64,000 bases of DNA from Lepidodermella squamata (Eukaryota > Animalia > Gastrotricha). Each line of letters opens with the position of its first letter. Within the stretch, counting starts at the first letter, position 1. The position numbers and the translations under genes were made by a program. Under the pieces are notes generated by a model. It made no database searches, was not told the DNA's origin, and saw nothing but the letters and a program-made list of their open reading frames with translations. The stretch lies in the NCBI GenBank assembly GCA_047495785.1, contig JBLDXI010000009.1, positions 4,836,001 through 4,900,000 on the forward strand, given 5' to 3'. Of the stretch, positions 22,250 through 36,903 are shown in pieces.

Positions 22250-25200
22250 TTATCAGCTGCGCACCACTCTTAATCCGACATTAGTTGACACTCGACCTCG
22301 AACGTTACACTGCGACACGCAACAGGGTACTGCGCCCGCTCGCTACTACTAGTAGGAAGCCCCGCGGATTAAGAGGGCGCGCGCGTGTTGTCACAACGCT
22401 AAATCAAGTCTGCTAAGTAAATAACGCGGCCTTTAAAAAGTACAATATTTACTCAGGCTGTAATTTGCTGACTGGCTGGACGATGATGATGATGAGCGAA
22501 AAGCGGGCGTGGCTAAGTAATATGCCTCATACATATAATCACAAAAATACACATAAATACACGCATATATTCGGCCCACTCCAAGTGAAAACTGAAGAGA
22601 CAGGACCTCTAAATAAATACTTACGATAATAGGCGCGTAGAAAATATTTAGCAGTAAGTATATTATCGTAAAAATTTTCTTACATCAGCTATGTATTGAA
22701 AGCCCATTTTCATCTTGAAAAACACGTAAACGCGCGTGTTATTTTTACATTGCAATGATTATTTCTTGTTATATTTTTCGCCCCAAAAGATGCGAGCCCT
22801 TGTGTAAGGTGTGGAAAAATGATGAATATATGCGCGCACGCGCGATAATTACGCCCTGATAATAGCGGTAATCTGCGCGTATGTGTGCGCTTGTGTGTGT
22901 GTCTAATCTTTTTTGCGCGCACGCTAATGCGCGTTGGTGAGCGCGCACAATATAGGTGTATATATATATGAAAATAATGCAATTTCTCGCGCGCGCGAGG
23001 CCCATCAACAGGTGAATTGGGCGTACGCTGCGCTGCTCTTTTCACGTAATGTTGGTTTAAATACATATCAAAGCCTTGAATTAAACAGCCAATTATCCGC
23101 TTTATTATATTTTTTCACGCGGATTTTATACATTTTAATCGAAACGAACCGGATTAAGTTTTTTTCGCCATTTTTCTGTGAGTTATTTAGTGCACTTGTG
23201 CCTGCCAACTTCGTTCACAAAGGGTTAGAAATGACTTTACTCGTTTGAAATTCCCGAGAGGCTAGTTATATTGTTATTGTTAGAGACGCGGGAAAAAACG
23301 CCTGTAATTTAGCGAATAATAGCTATTGAATGGCCAAAAAATGCGCATATTTATTACAAAAAAAAATATTTGGAAATTCGTCCACAAAATATTTCCTTTC
23401 TAAACTCTATTATTTAGCGAGAGTAACTAAAATAAATTTCTGCGAATCTCTTGATTTTTGATGCTTCTTTATCTCACCCTTTACCTTCTCGTCCTGTATC
23501 ATCAAAAAACTGTCGTGATTAATTTTCATCTTTATTCTCAATCGAAAACAAGCCTGAATGAGAGATGATCCTAATTTTGCACCGAGGGGGAGAATTTAAC
23601 ATAGCATTTTTCTATCACAGCTAGAATATTACGATTGAGCAGCCAGAATTATTGGTAAATTTATTTAAATATACAGATAAATTCCGTCGATAGCAACCTC
23701 ATTTTTACTTGGGCCGTAAATAAAAAATCAATATTTATTGCAGTTTTCCGATATTTAGATAAATATTGCTAGAAAATCTAATTTTAAGTGTATTTTTTTT
23801 TCTTGGCATATATCCTGTCACATCCTGAACTGCTATACAAGTATGTATTTAAGGTTCAATGAGCATGAAATCTTTTCGCGAGTTTTGTTTATTGCACTCG
23901 TCATTTTTGAACGAACACAAAAATTTAATCTTGAAAATGTTTGAAAAATAATTTTTACGTGACACGCAAACACGTCTATACAGCAGTTAGTAATAGATAT
24001 CGTTATTATTTATCATTAATCTCACTAATTTACATCTCGCGGGTAAAAATGTACCGGCTGCGCGTTGAACAGCTTTTTTCGCTCTATATTGTAAAGAGAC
24101 ATGGCTAGAAAAAAATCAATGCGTTCGCTATTCGAAAATCGCCCGCATTTTTCAAGCACTTTCAGGCTTATTATCATCATCATCAACGCCAGTGTATGTG
24201 TTTTTTTCGCCTCCATCGAGAATTCCTCGATGTTTTATGCGGAGCGATGGGTCATCGCGCTAATTTATGGCATTATTTTTTCGCTTCGATATAGATTTAA
24301 TTTATCCATCTTTTTATAGGTCTTGAGTAGCGGCCGCTTGAATACTCCGTGCTATAGGAAAATCGCTTTACTAAAATACCCCAATCGCCTTAAAATAGGA
24401 AATGTGGTTTCAGAAAGAATGTTTGCTTTTGAATAATTCGAACTTGAATTTCCCCAATTTATAAGCCAGAGTTCAGCTTTGTCCACTAGTTCTCAAGTTG
24501 AAGGATTATATATGGGCCAGCGCGTAAACAAATTGTCTAGCCTAATTGGTTCTGATCCAGTGCAGTTGCTTCCCAATAAATTCTAGAGCTTTTCGAATTT
24601 CAAGCGGATTCGGATTTTTTCGAAATTTTCGGAAAATTCGATCGGAACCAATAAAAATGTATATAATAAATGCAGGTATTTTTGTTTAATTTTTCAGAAT
24701 TTTTCGTAAATATCAGCGTAGCCTGTAAAATCCTATGTACTCATAAATAATTTTTCACTTTAATTTTTGAGAATTTTCTCACCTCAGTTCGAGTATTTTT
24801 TGCTTGTCGAGGTGCTTCATTATCGATTAATTTAGCAGATTTTCATAATATAGCAATGCTATAGGAATATCAAAAAATAATAATTGTCCTTTCGATTCAG
24901 GTCTCAATTTTTCAGGAATATTTAGGATTAATTCCTGCATGAATCTAAATTAGTTTTGGTGTTCCAGGATTTTTTGTTTTTTATGTGACTGTGTTATTCG
25001 AGATGGGAAATGAGCCTGTGAGAAGGAGCGCATCGAGCAGCCTTGCGTTGAAGCGTGATGCTCGCGTTGTAGCTGTTTATTTATAAACATATATCAGTAA
25101 ATTAACCATATCATCCATCGCACATACATCATCTCGTGCCTGTTGTGTAGCTTCTCACTTGACCACGAGCAGAGGCTCTCGATGGCGACAAACAAAACTT

Positions 25201-26700
25201 ATAATGACATTATCGTGAGCCAGCGAGCGACTGCTCACTTTGCAATAACAAAAACTTATTATCGCGATGAGATGCGAATATACGCACTAATTGCATTATA
25301 ATATTTTTATTATTATTTTATTTTTTGCCCTTTACGTTTCTCAGCGCGTGTGTATCTTATAGTGGTGTCGCTATAGTAGCCAATAATTTATATCGATATA
25401 TACAAATTTATTTACTCGACTGCGTTTTTCGGCCCCTGAGCGAAAAGTTTTATTACTACGACCGAATGTAAAATTTTGCATACTTATCTAGGCGGAAGTT
25501 TATTTTTCGGCCTAATTTTTGTTGCATTCAATCGCCGTTGCGTCACACACGCGGATTTGCAGTTCCGGTTCCGGTTGTTGTTTACGCCCCACTAGAGTCG
25601 TAATTTACAACAGCCGGTGGAAATTATATTGTCAAAGTAGTACGCGCTCGCTTTGCTGCGTGTAGTTAATTGTCGGCTATTATACTCGTTTGTTTACTGT
25701 TTGCCAATCGGATCTCGCTGGCGACTGGCGACTAGTGACCGACCGATATCATATAAGGCGCAGCTGGCGCGAGTAATTTAGTCGCGCGCACTTGACGACA
25801 CGCGACCCGGTTGTGCGCGTGTGCGCGTAATAAAACAAGCGCGAAAATTACTGCGCGCGCGCGCACTTACCATATCCTCGCGCGCAGCTGGTTAAATTGC
25901 GCACACGCCTCGGTTTGTTTTGCCTGCTAACGTGTTACCGCCACCACCTGTGAGTTGAAGAGTCAGCAGGCCTGTCAACTTCTTGTCGTTGCTATGTTCC
26001 GGAATCTACTACAACAACTCATTTCTTGTTGGGTGAGATGATGGTAGTTACACATGCACACACGACGTGGCTTCTGCTGCTTCTTCATGTTCTCTCCACA
26101 ACTCGAGAGCAAATATACACGTAGATATATGCCTGGACCTCTTCATAGCGACACGCCCCTCTACTTAATTTAGCCGTGTTTACTCGGTCTTCGCGCGCCC
26201 GGAAACTAACAACCGAAAAAACACGCCGTTTTTTTGGCCGCGCGTTGTTAAAAATGCGCGCGTTTTATGCCTCAGGCCAGCTAAAAGCCCCTTGTCGCCG
26301 TACTTCGTCGCCTGGTGTCAAGTTGCCGCAGCTCTAAATTATTATTATTTCCAGCCGTTTGTGTGTAAGTTGTATGTATACTACTGGTTAGTAGGCCGGG
26401 TATCATCGCGCGCTGTCTTCTTACTTATCATCCTCGCATGTACAGTCTACCAGCTTGATTTATAGCGACGCCTGTATTGTGCGCGCTAGTCTCGCGCCGA
26501 CCCGATAATTACCCGCCACTAGCATGTGCGCGTGTTGATAAATGGCTTTTTTGAACTTACCGCTGTTATGCTGTTTCCCAGCAGTGCTCGGGTATGGATA
26601 TATGATAATTAGGCATCTGGTTGCCTGCGCTATCGATCTGCGACACGCGCCAGTGCACAGCAGCTGTTTCACTTGTTTATTTTTTGGCAAAATTGAGTGA
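22250..26700. promoter_or_regulatory. Long non-coding interval with CpG/CGCG-rich blocks upstream of the Eph-like genes
   Basis: No credible ORF; dense CGCG runs at ~22.3-23.1 kb and ~25.0-26.7 kb; regulatory role is inference. Confidence 0.3.
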
Positions 26701-27168
26701 CTCGAACTTTCTGCGAGGAAAACATTACTGCCTCTGATGCGGTTCGCTGAACTTTGTTTGTTATTTATGAATAAAAATTGCATACATTTTAATCGTACCA
26801 TTTTCGCTAAAATTTACGATAATTCTTGACGTTTGCGCTTCCCTAATTATACGTCTTCTAGATCGACTGGACTGTTATTTTTTCCGCCATGTATAAAATA
26901 GTGTGTATCCGAGGCGTTATTAGGATAGGATCACTAATTTAGTAAAAATAATGAACGATCAGTAATAGGAATGGGGATAGGATAGGGAATGAAAATCAAG
27001 GTAAGCAATTGATGATGGATTGAGACCAAAGTCCATTTTTGGGATCTGAGACCTCTGGGATTTATAAATCACAAAATCGACAAAATGTAAAAAAAATCCG
27101 AAGTTAAATGAGAACATAATTTCTATCCTTGATTTTTTCCTTCCTAGATTTATTGAAGAATTTATATC

Positions 27169-29265
27169 ATGGTTTTGCGGTTGGTTCTGTTAACCCAAGC
27201 TGCGAGTTGGGTTGTCCAAGCCGGTGTGATAAGCAGCGGCTCAAACTGGCAGTCCATGTCTCCATTTCACGTTACGAAACTTGACTCAGGCTGGGGCAAT
27301 GAATGGCTGATACGCGGCTCCAACTGGCGCCACCACGTTCGCCAGAAAATGGTCCCAGGCGGGCAGTTTGACGAGGCTGGACAAGTCCCGGTTGTAGTCA
27401 CCCACGGCTTTTCATCCTGCCCCGATTCGACCCCGCCGAAACGCAATGGCCTATCGTCAAATACCTACCATTTACCTCAAGGAGCGTCTTTGCCAGCTGT
27501 TGTTACCGCTGAGTTCTCGTTTTTGATCAGTGAGGCCTGTATCGAAGCGCAGAGGCCTCATTGCGGGTCTTTGGAGTTATGGATGCTGGAGGGAGTCGCT
27601 CCAGCTTCAAACAGCATGCTAGCCAACGAAACTTACATCACTGCCGGGGCTCAGCAGCAACCGTACACCAGAGCTTCTTTTCTCAGTGACTCGGTAGTTT
27701 GGCCTGGCCAAGCTAATATGGCCTCAATCCCAACTAAGGAAGCGAATAATACTGGAATTAGGAAGTCAACGATTTCCTTTACAATTACGAGACCACCATT
27801 CAAGCTCCAGTTCCGAGATAGGAGAGGGGCTTGTATTGAGGTAACCGATACTCAGTTATCCCTAACGAGTTGCTACGTTGGCTCCGCGAAAAAATCCCTA
27901 CCGTTTGGTATGGCTGAGTCTGTGATGGACGGTGATGAATCAGCAGGGACTACGACGCCATCAAATGGCCCTACGACTCTAGCCCCAATTGGAATGACAA
28001 CACCATCAACGGAAGATCTGCTGTCTGGGCTGGACTGCAAGTGCCCGGCCGGTTATTTCAGACCTAGTAAGGCTTTATTTTACCCAAAATTCAGTATGAA
28101 TAATTTTTCGATTTTTTAGCTTACGATAGATGCGATCCATGCCCTATTGACACATTTTCCGAGTTCCCGCATTCGAATTCATTTTGCACATCATGCCCGT
28201 TGAGATCTTCTGCAGTTTTTACTGGAAGTAAGAGCTGCGTTTGCGACGAAGGCTCTTTCCGAGCACCTGGTGAAGGCGCTGATAAGCCTTGCTCCACCAC
28301 CCCGTCCCAAATTCGTCAACTAGTCGCGACTTATTTCGATGTCTACTCAGTCGCGCTTAACTGGACTGAGCCTGAAGATATGGGCGGCCGGACTGATATC
28401 ACCTACCAAGTCCAATGCGTTGCTGGATGCGATGATGTCGTCATTACGAGGAAGGATCCGCTTGGAGAGTTACGTGTTGCGGATATAAGGGTTAAGGAAT
28501 CGTTGGAGAAATCCTTTGTTACGCTACGCGTCTACTCGCTTAATGGAGTATCTGCTATTGCGGGTCCAAACCACGCAAAATACTTGGAAGCCGTCCTTAC
28601 GCTGAGGTCTTCAGATGCCGATGCGGCTTATGCTCACATTCCAGGTAACTTTTTCGAAATATCTCTAACCTATAGTTTGAGTTAAAGGATCAGAATCCTT
28701 AAATCAAGTTAAGGATGGGACTAGTAGGGAATGAGTCGAAGATAAATATTAGGAACTCATTGAGATATTAGGCACGTTACTTTGTTACCTTGAACTTTAT
28801 CTTTCAGATCGAGTTTTCATTTTGGTTGGAATCTTCGGTGGGGCAGCTCTTGTGGCTGCTTTCTTCCTCGTCTACGGCCTTTGGAGGCACTATAAGGATC
28901 GAAAACGCGGCCAGCCCATCACGGTCATCGTTTCCAGCCAAAGCGATGACGGTCTCGACCCTGGAAAAACGAAAATCGCTAGTCTGACCAGTGAGGATAA
29001 CAACGCACATCTCGGCGATGAGAGCCATCAACAGCCTCTGGTTTCGATAAGCAGTGACGATTATGAGAAGAAGTACACCAAGTTGCCGAGTGGTTCGCCG
29101 AGCAAACAGCCGTTGTTGCTGATGCAGGAAGAGCCGGAGGAGACACCGGCCGCTCAAACAGCTCAATCAACACAACAACTAACCGAGTCCCTATCAGCCC
29201 AAGTTTCGCCTAATTCGACTAACGAAGCTCACATGAGCACCTCAACCTCAGTCTTGTCTTCATAG
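27169..29265 (+). CDS. Kinase-less Eph-like single-pass receptor 1 (exons 27169-28066, 28120-28644, 28808-29265)
   Basis: Signal; divergent ligand-binding-like domain ending FRDRRGACIEV; CKCPAGY, CDPCPIDTF, CVCDEGSFRAPGEGADKPC (Eph Cys-rich region); FN3 LNWTEPEDMGGRTDITYQVQC...NGVS; TM; low-complexity tail to stop codon. Confidence 0.85.
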
Positions 29266-31615
29266 AAAGTCTAATCTCTATAACATGATGTAAAGTTATC
29301 GTTGCTACGAGAAAGCGTCCTTAGTTACTGAAGGAAGAAAGTCGTGACGAGAAGTGCCAATTCGGTTGTTGTCGATAACGATGTGCCAAGGTGCTTTAGA
29401 CACGTAACTAAGGACGCTCGAGGTCGTTACTACGCAAAATATGCATAATCACTCGCGAAATTAGCTGGAAGGATATCTTCACTGTGTTCTTTGGTGTCAA
29501 AATACTGTAAATAGCGCTTTGTATATTATTTTAACGGCTTTATCATCTGCACTGCCACGCAAAATGTGTAAAGTAGCTGAAAAATCTCATCATTAACTAA
29601 TCTCAGTCCATTTCATTATTTCTTATCATCATCACCTGTATTATTTTGCGTCTCGTTGAGAAGAAATTATTGTCGAGAAGGTTTTAATAAAAAATTCTGA
29701 ATTTTTTACACGCTGAAAGTCGGACTTTTGATTAAGGGTAAATCGAATTTCAGCCGCAGTGGGCATTTTTTATTGCGAATATTTACCATACCTGGAGCAA
29801 ACACCTCATTAGGCGAGCGGTTGCAGAGTAAACAAGGTGTACGGGGCAGGTATATCCTGATGAGGAAGTCGAAGGTGTGTGGTGTTAACGGGGCACTTCT
29901 CTCTGCTAATGCGGCAGGAAGCGCGCTTGTAAAATAACAATAACAGAAAGAGCCGCCACTCGCTGTTGGCGTAATTTTTGTGGTGTAATGGCGCAATGCA
30001 AAGTCTCATGTGAAATGTATTACAGGAAGCAGAGTAGTAAGCTCTTTTTTGCTGCTCTGGAAGAGCGGTGTCTCCGTGGGCGTTTTTAGCAATGAGTATA
30101 ACCACATCAGAGAAAGTGTACGTCCAGCAATCCAGGTCTACAACCAGGAGCAATTACCGCAGGAAGTCGCAACGCCGCTGAGATTATTTGTGAACTCAGT
30201 GACACGCGACACGCGATATCATTAGTAAAAGAATGTAGGCAGTTACTTGGCACGTAGCAACACCTCAATAAGCTATTTTTGCCAATAATCTCTTTACTTA
30301 TTTTTTACTTCAGCTAGTTTCAGCTTTGTTCAGCTAATTTATATTAAAATCTTCAAAGCGCATCGATGTATCGTTTTATCTTTTACCTGAAAACAGATGC
30401 ACTATAAGAGCTATTTTCTTGCTGGGTCAGCCATCAAATTTAATTATTTTCATTTTGGACAATTTATCAAGCCTGGTTTCCAGCTCGATTGATGATTTGC
30501 TTATAATGGGTTCATAATTAGCAATTAGATGAAAAATCGCATTTCGCAAGACGATCAATCCAATCATACAAGATTTCACGCAAGTGTTTTTAACGTTTCA
30601 AAGGTTCTCAGTTAAAAATCTACTATCTCTGACCTTTCGGCTTGGATGAGTAACAATAAGTCTCCAGCGTACTATCTACCGTACTGCTCGAAAATAATGT
30701 CTGTCTCGACGTAGGGGGCGTTGAATCACGATAAAATTGTGCGTGATGCGTGGTTCTCAGGAAAGGGCCCCTCGAGGAACCGTGTTGGAACGTAAGGAAG
30801 CTGCTTATCGGGGTTATTATGCCTTCGTCTTGCATATTTATGTTTGGAATTTTTCCACTTTTTTTAAGTCGATGATTGTACCGTAATTTACCCCTCATTT
30901 TGATCATAATTTGAAACCACAGTGTTCAGCTGCGTGTCCCCGTCCTTGAAAGGCGAAGAGATCAAATTAGCTGCAATCTATTCCTAATAAAGCCTAATTA
31001 TTAGCCCCATTATTAGCCAAATAAAGCCCAACGATATTCCTAATGTGGATCCATTTGAAATGCATCTCTTGCCTGCTATATATGTCACCTATATAATTTC
31101 GAACCCGATGTTCTTCCAGTTTCCAGTCAATGAACTTTCGGAAAAACCAGCCATAATTATGCTAGTTCAGTCGTAGTTTCGAATAGAATAGAAATTAAGG
31201 CTCTCTGAGTGCTCAGACATGCGTATGCTACGCCATGTGATGTTCAGTGATTTCCGGTATCCAGGATATCTGTAGCGTACCTTGTATGTTGCAATAATGT
31301 ACCTACTTGACCATGAATAGTTCTCAGTACGACCGCTCTTTTTGCATTGCACCCAAGCGTATTCTCACCTACTTATAACGCTACTTATTTTTGAAGATGC
31401 GTAATTACACCGACAAATAGCAGGAAATTTACCTGCACTTGACACCAGGCAAGAGGCCGCCGCAACCACCTGCTATACACCGCATGACGTCATGACAAAA
31501 GTGACACCGCAAATGTAGCGCTGCGCAGTGCGAAACCGAATCCCCACTTGTAAAACGTCCGAAGCTGCAAAACATGACGCCGTCGTACAATCGCGATCGA
31601 ATGCACGCTATCACC

Positions 31616-33858
31616 ATGGCTGGGGTCAGCGTTGTCTCGCTGTTGGCTAATCTGTTGCCCGTGATGTCTGTCCACGAGGAGGGCGAGGCTCACACGTTCT
31701 CGCCGTTTCGGGTCATGATCCTCGAACATGCCCAATTAGGCCCGAGTTGGTCGATTAATGGCTCCAATTGGCATCGGCACGTTTGGAGGGCTTACGATGA
31801 GTCTCCGTTCGGAAATTTAACGAACTTCACTACCACTACTACTACAAAACCAACGATTGAACGACCTATGATTCGAGTAACGAAAATGTTCAACTCAACT
31901 CACAACTCAACAGAGGATGCTCCGGATCTTGTTCCTGAAGACCCTGAAGAGGAAGAGGAAGATTTCCCCTCGCCAGGGAAATACTCCTTCTCATCCTGCT
32001 CCGAAACCACGAAGAAAGGACCGATGTTACCAAACGCGTTGCGTTCCCCACTTTTCGATAATCAAGTGTTACCAAGCCATCGATTGCCAGCGGTTGTGAT
32101 TGCTGATTTCACTCTTTACGTTTCCGAGACTTGCCTTCTAGCGAAAAGGCATAACTGTAGGAGAGGGATCGACGTCTACCTGTTGGAGCCAGCAACTCCA
32201 GGTAACAAGACCCATTTCAACAGGCGATTTATCTATCACGGAAATGTTTTGGCTGATAATTGGAAGACGAGCAATTACACGCGGCAACTCCTTTCCGTAG
32301 CTATTCGCGTTAATCGGGTACCGTTTCAAATCGAACTGCACGATTCGCGCGGTGCTTGTCTTGAAATTCGAAGCGTTAGGATGATGGCTCATAGTTGTCT
32401 TATAGCTCAAGCCTACTCTACAGCTGTGAGGCCAACGCCGAAGTCTGCTGCGTTAGCTCGGCTTCCGGAAAATAAATCCAAGCCGCAGGCTTTAGAGGAA
32501 CTTGAGTGTCAATGCCCTGCTGGGTTTAGCAGAGGAGAAGGTAAGTCGTGTGTACGTGAAAATTCACATTCCAATTTTACTCCATTCCAGATAATGAATG
32601 CGAATCGTGCCCAGCTGGAACTTTTACTGACACCCCGAACTTATTAAAAGAATGCATCCCTTGCCCAGATAATACGGAGGCTCCTTCCGTGGATAGCACA
32701 GTCTGCAAATGCGTTCCGAATACCTTTCGGGTGCCAAGTGAGGGTTTGAAATCTCCTTGCTCATCACCACCCTCAGAGCCGCCAGCTTTGAAAGGTAAGT
32801 CCATACTGACCTCTTTTCAGTTTTAAATGTATCTCATGGTTATAGTGACCTACCTCGACACCCATTCCGCTTCTATCAACTGGTCTGAGCCTTTGATAAC
32901 CGGAAATCGGTCCGATTTGACCTACAACGTGCAATGTATCAGTGGATGCCGAGACATAAACCTAATAAGAGATTGGGATGCTGCTGGAGCAGATCGCTCT
33001 GTCATTGTATCTCTGGATGATCCTTGGACAATCAAAAAACGACCTATCTCCCTTAGGGTCTATTCCTTGAATGGAGTATCAGCAATTGCCGGGCCTAAAT
33101 TTGCGAAATACATTGAAGCTGTGATAAAATTGCCACGGGCTGTTAACGAAACTGAGGACGTTGAGATTGGAGAGGTTGTGCCCAACTTTGTTCAGGTAGT
33201 TATGCAGACTTTAGGCCCACTTGGAGTCATGGGTATTATCGCCGGTTCGATTTCTTTATGCTGCTTTGCATTCTGCGCCTACCGAGCGTGGAAAGAGCCG
33301 GATTTTCGATCTCAGCGACCGATAAAGATCCTAGGAGAGCCGTCCCCACCCTCAAGCAGTAACCCAAGTCGAAGGCCCTCAAATGATTTGGATGATGAAT
33401 TGAAGAAAGAACTTAATCGACGAAGTTCTTCACTGTATCCTTATGAAAGAAGAAATTCTTCATTATATCCTGGAAAACTCGCCTTTTCCTCAAAAATCGA
33501 CCCAGGCCCTGCTCCAGCACCTGGCCAGTATAGGTCGAATGTACCTTTACTAACACCAGCAGCCGCCCTAAGAGCTTCAATGGCTGCTCCTTACCATATT
33601 CTAAGTCTAGTTCGGAACCGGCCCCAGAGTCGCAATCCTATGCCGAGTTTGCTGGACAATCCTCAGGCTGAGGACCATCATTCCTTCATTGGTAACGAAG
33701 ACCGAAAGCCACCGGCCTTCAATTCAATAGAGTTACAGAGTCCTCATCCGCCCACTTCATCTCCAGTCGCGCATCGATGCCCTCCGCCTGATGAGTACGA
33801 TCACGAGTCAAACAACTCTGCTGACGATGAAAGCATAAGATACCATCTTCCATACTAA
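31616..33858 (+). CDS. Kinase-less Eph-like single-pass receptor 2 (exons 31616-32540, 32591-32794, 32846-33858; upstream ATGs from 31574 possible)
   Basis: Paralog of receptor 1 (GSNWHRHV, LPAVV, DSRGACLEI, LRVYSLNGVSAIAGP); Cys-rich region, one FN3, TM, Pro/Ser-rich tail ending RYHLPY. Confidence 0.85.
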
Positions 33859-34077
33859 ATCATATCTAATGGGATTGACACCGAGTGATCTCCCGTCCTC
33901 ACATAGAGATTCCTAGAGAATAATGCTGTATATTTTTGCTTATTTTTGTCAATAAAAACCAGGTTGATTTTATTAAAAAGCGCTTCAGAAGCCTGAAATA
34001 GAAAGAAGTTGAAGGTTTCACAATTGAACAAAGGCTTCCGACATTTTATGACATCGAACAAACAAAAATCAATCTAA

Positions 34078-36903
34078 TCAAGTTGCGTTAGATGTCGGAG
34101 ATTTTTCTGGTATCGGACTTTTTGCTATAGAGGACCGGCTTTGGGAGCCAGCGGATTGTTTGCCATTTTCAGAGTCTTGATGCGATATTCTGGCTCTGGC
34201 TTGGCCTCGTCTGAAATAAAATCATCTCAGTGAAGTAATGTCAACTGGAGAAAGAACTCACTTCATTAGGTAAATTGCAACACCGATCGCCACTCCGACT
34301 ACGGCTAGACATCCTACAACGATGAGTAGGATAGCCCACCAAGTTAGAGCTCCGTAGTTCAGCCTAGAAGTCACTGTTGTTCCATGCAGGAGGTCTCCAT
34401 GCCCATCATCATGCCCATCAGTCGCCAATGAGGAGCAATCGACGTCAATCTCATACTCCGCCCCAGTTATCACAACATATCCTGGGGTTGTAATCTCCAT
34501 CTGGTGAGGATCGTTGTAGACCTGTTTAAGATCAGCAAGGTGCGGATCGATGGTTGAGTAACTTGACTTGACCGTCGCACCGTGAGAATCGACCGCGCCG
34601 TGGGAATCTGTATCTTTCGCGTGGCATTTCACGTCAACCTTCGGTGGAGAGGCTCCGTTTTTGTATATCGTCGTCGAGTTCTGGCAAATCATCGTACATA
34701 AGTGATCATCAGAAATGCCATGTCCGTCCCCGTGAGAATCTTCCCCAGCTTTCGTCGTGTAACCATGGTGATAGTCAATCGTGACTCCAGAGTCATGTTT
34801 TTCTCCATGACCTGTATCGTCGTGGGATGACTTGGTACTAGCTTCACTGCCATGCGGTTCAGTTGCTTTTTGAGCATCTGGCGATGGGGCATCTCCAAAT
34901 ACCAATTTTGTCGTTGTAGCCGTAGAGGCTTTGACAGATTCATGAGCTGAAGAAGTGGTCGCCTGTGTCGTGGTTGTAGTAGTGATTGAAGTTGCGACGG
35001 TCACTGCTTGGGTCTGAGCAGTTGTAGTTTCTGCTGCTGAACTTGCAAATGTGACAAGCCTCACATCAGGAGCTTTTGAAGTAGTTGTGGTAGTTGGCGT
35101 TGTTGTGGTCGATATTGTCGTAGTCGTGGGTTGAGTGGTCGTTGTCGTAGTCGTAGGTGGAGTGGTTTTTGTCGTTGTAGTTGCTGGAGTAGTCGTTGTA
35201 GTTGTCGATGTGGTCGGGGTAGTGGTTGTCGAAGAACTGGTAGTAGCCGCAGATGAGATCACAGCTTGAGCCACTATAAAACAGGGTCGATATATTATTT
35301 TCGCATGTTCATTGTCTCATACTCAATTGATTAGGGAAACAACAAATTTTGATGTTAAATTTAAACAAGACTCCCTAAGGAGTATTTACCTTCATGGGAG
35401 GATTAGCCTTAACAAATCTCACACAATGTTACTCGAATAACTCTAGTAAGCCCGATGAAATAAATCCTTACCTTCTGTCAGCAGGCGTTGAATGATTGAA
35501 GCTGGCTTGGTAGTAGTCGTAGTCGTGGTCATTGTCGTAGTTGTAGTCGTTGTCGGTCTGGTTGTGGTGGTAGTAGTTGTGGTAGTAGTTGTCCTAGTTG
35601 TACTAGTTGTGCTAGTTGAACTGGTTGTGCTGGTGCTAGTAGCAGGAGTGGTTGTAGATGATTTTGTAGTCGAAGTCGCCAACAATGGTCGCGATGTCGT
35701 AGTCGCAGTGGTCGACGTAGTAGTTTCATTCGTCAAAACTGACTCACATACAAACCGAAAATTCGTATCACTCATCGTCGAACACAGCTTGGCTTGCCAG
35801 CCATAACTTCCATCATCTCTCAGGACCAACGCAGCACATTGATTCGTCTCAGGTGAAATGGGTTCAGAAACTGAAACCCAACCTCGAAAACTCGACTTGA
35901 CCACACTGCTATCAGACTCATACGTCCAAAATCGATTCGTAGCCCCAATCCATACTTGAGGCACTGTGACTTTGACAGGATCCGACAAAATGTAGTTCAA
36001 CAAGCTTTGCCGATCTGATGATTCGATCATAGCCAATCTCCCGCCAAATTTGATGCAAAACACATCAGCATCCCGCCAGGTCAACTCTGGCAGCGCATAC
36101 AGGAATAAACAAGCTCCGTCCAAGCAGAAATTCGATAGTACAACCCCAGCAGCTAGCAGAGTTTGGTTGTTATAGGCCTGGTTCATATCAAATCTGCAGA
36201 CAAAAGGCAGGGGCAGGTTGCAGGATGCGTCTATCCATCGATTGCTAGATTGATCAACCTTAACTGCGGAACAAGAACCGCCAACAGTTGGCCGGCCCAA
36301 CATCCAGTTATCATAGGCTGATTTCTGGGTTGAAAATGCTAGACTGTTGAAGTTAGACCCACAAAACTCGCCGGGACTCCCTGAGCAGGGCAAGGTGCAA
36401 CTTGAACCAGGTGATCGCCAGGAGTAGGATGAGACACAGTAACACATTACTCCAAGCATCACAGCAGCATAAGGAGCAGTCTTGCTACATTGATCGATGC
36501 ATTTCGAGACGCTTAACGAGTCAGAGTAACTTCCGGTATCTTGTAGGGCTGAATCGTCAATTGACAACTGGTCATTACAGCCTTGACCTCTGAGTAAGGA
36601 ATTATCAGCAGCCCATCGCCATGTTGATTGAACATATTTCAGCCCGACGAGGACACGGCTCCAGCCTAGCTGCTCGATCGAATTCGCAAAAAACCTCTGT
36701 TCATCGGAGGATTTCGGAGCGGAAAGGCGGCGCTGCTGGGCTGTGCAGTAAGAAGCAGCGTCTGAATAGGATTTTACGTTCGAATTCTCGTAGAATGAAA
36801 AGCATTTTCCGTTGAAGAATTGGTCTTTCAGAGGATCCGGGCATAATTGACCACAAACTATCCCGAGTATAGCAGCAGTCACGCCTAGTCTGAGAACCAT
36901 CAT
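34078..36903 (-). CDS. CTLD(WSC-inserted)-CTLD mucin-stalk membrane lectin A (exons 36903-35472, 35273-34262, 34210-34078)
   Basis: Signal; CTLD motifs (C..F, YC, LVGL, WRW, WID.SC..LPFVC); WSC Cys pattern; second CTLD with VWIG; Thr-rich stalk; His-rich segment; TM WWAILLIVVG. Confidence 0.88.

Noticed and set aside
22710-26801. ORFs in the CG-rich non-coding interval
   Set aside because: Low-complexity translations with no domain or splice support
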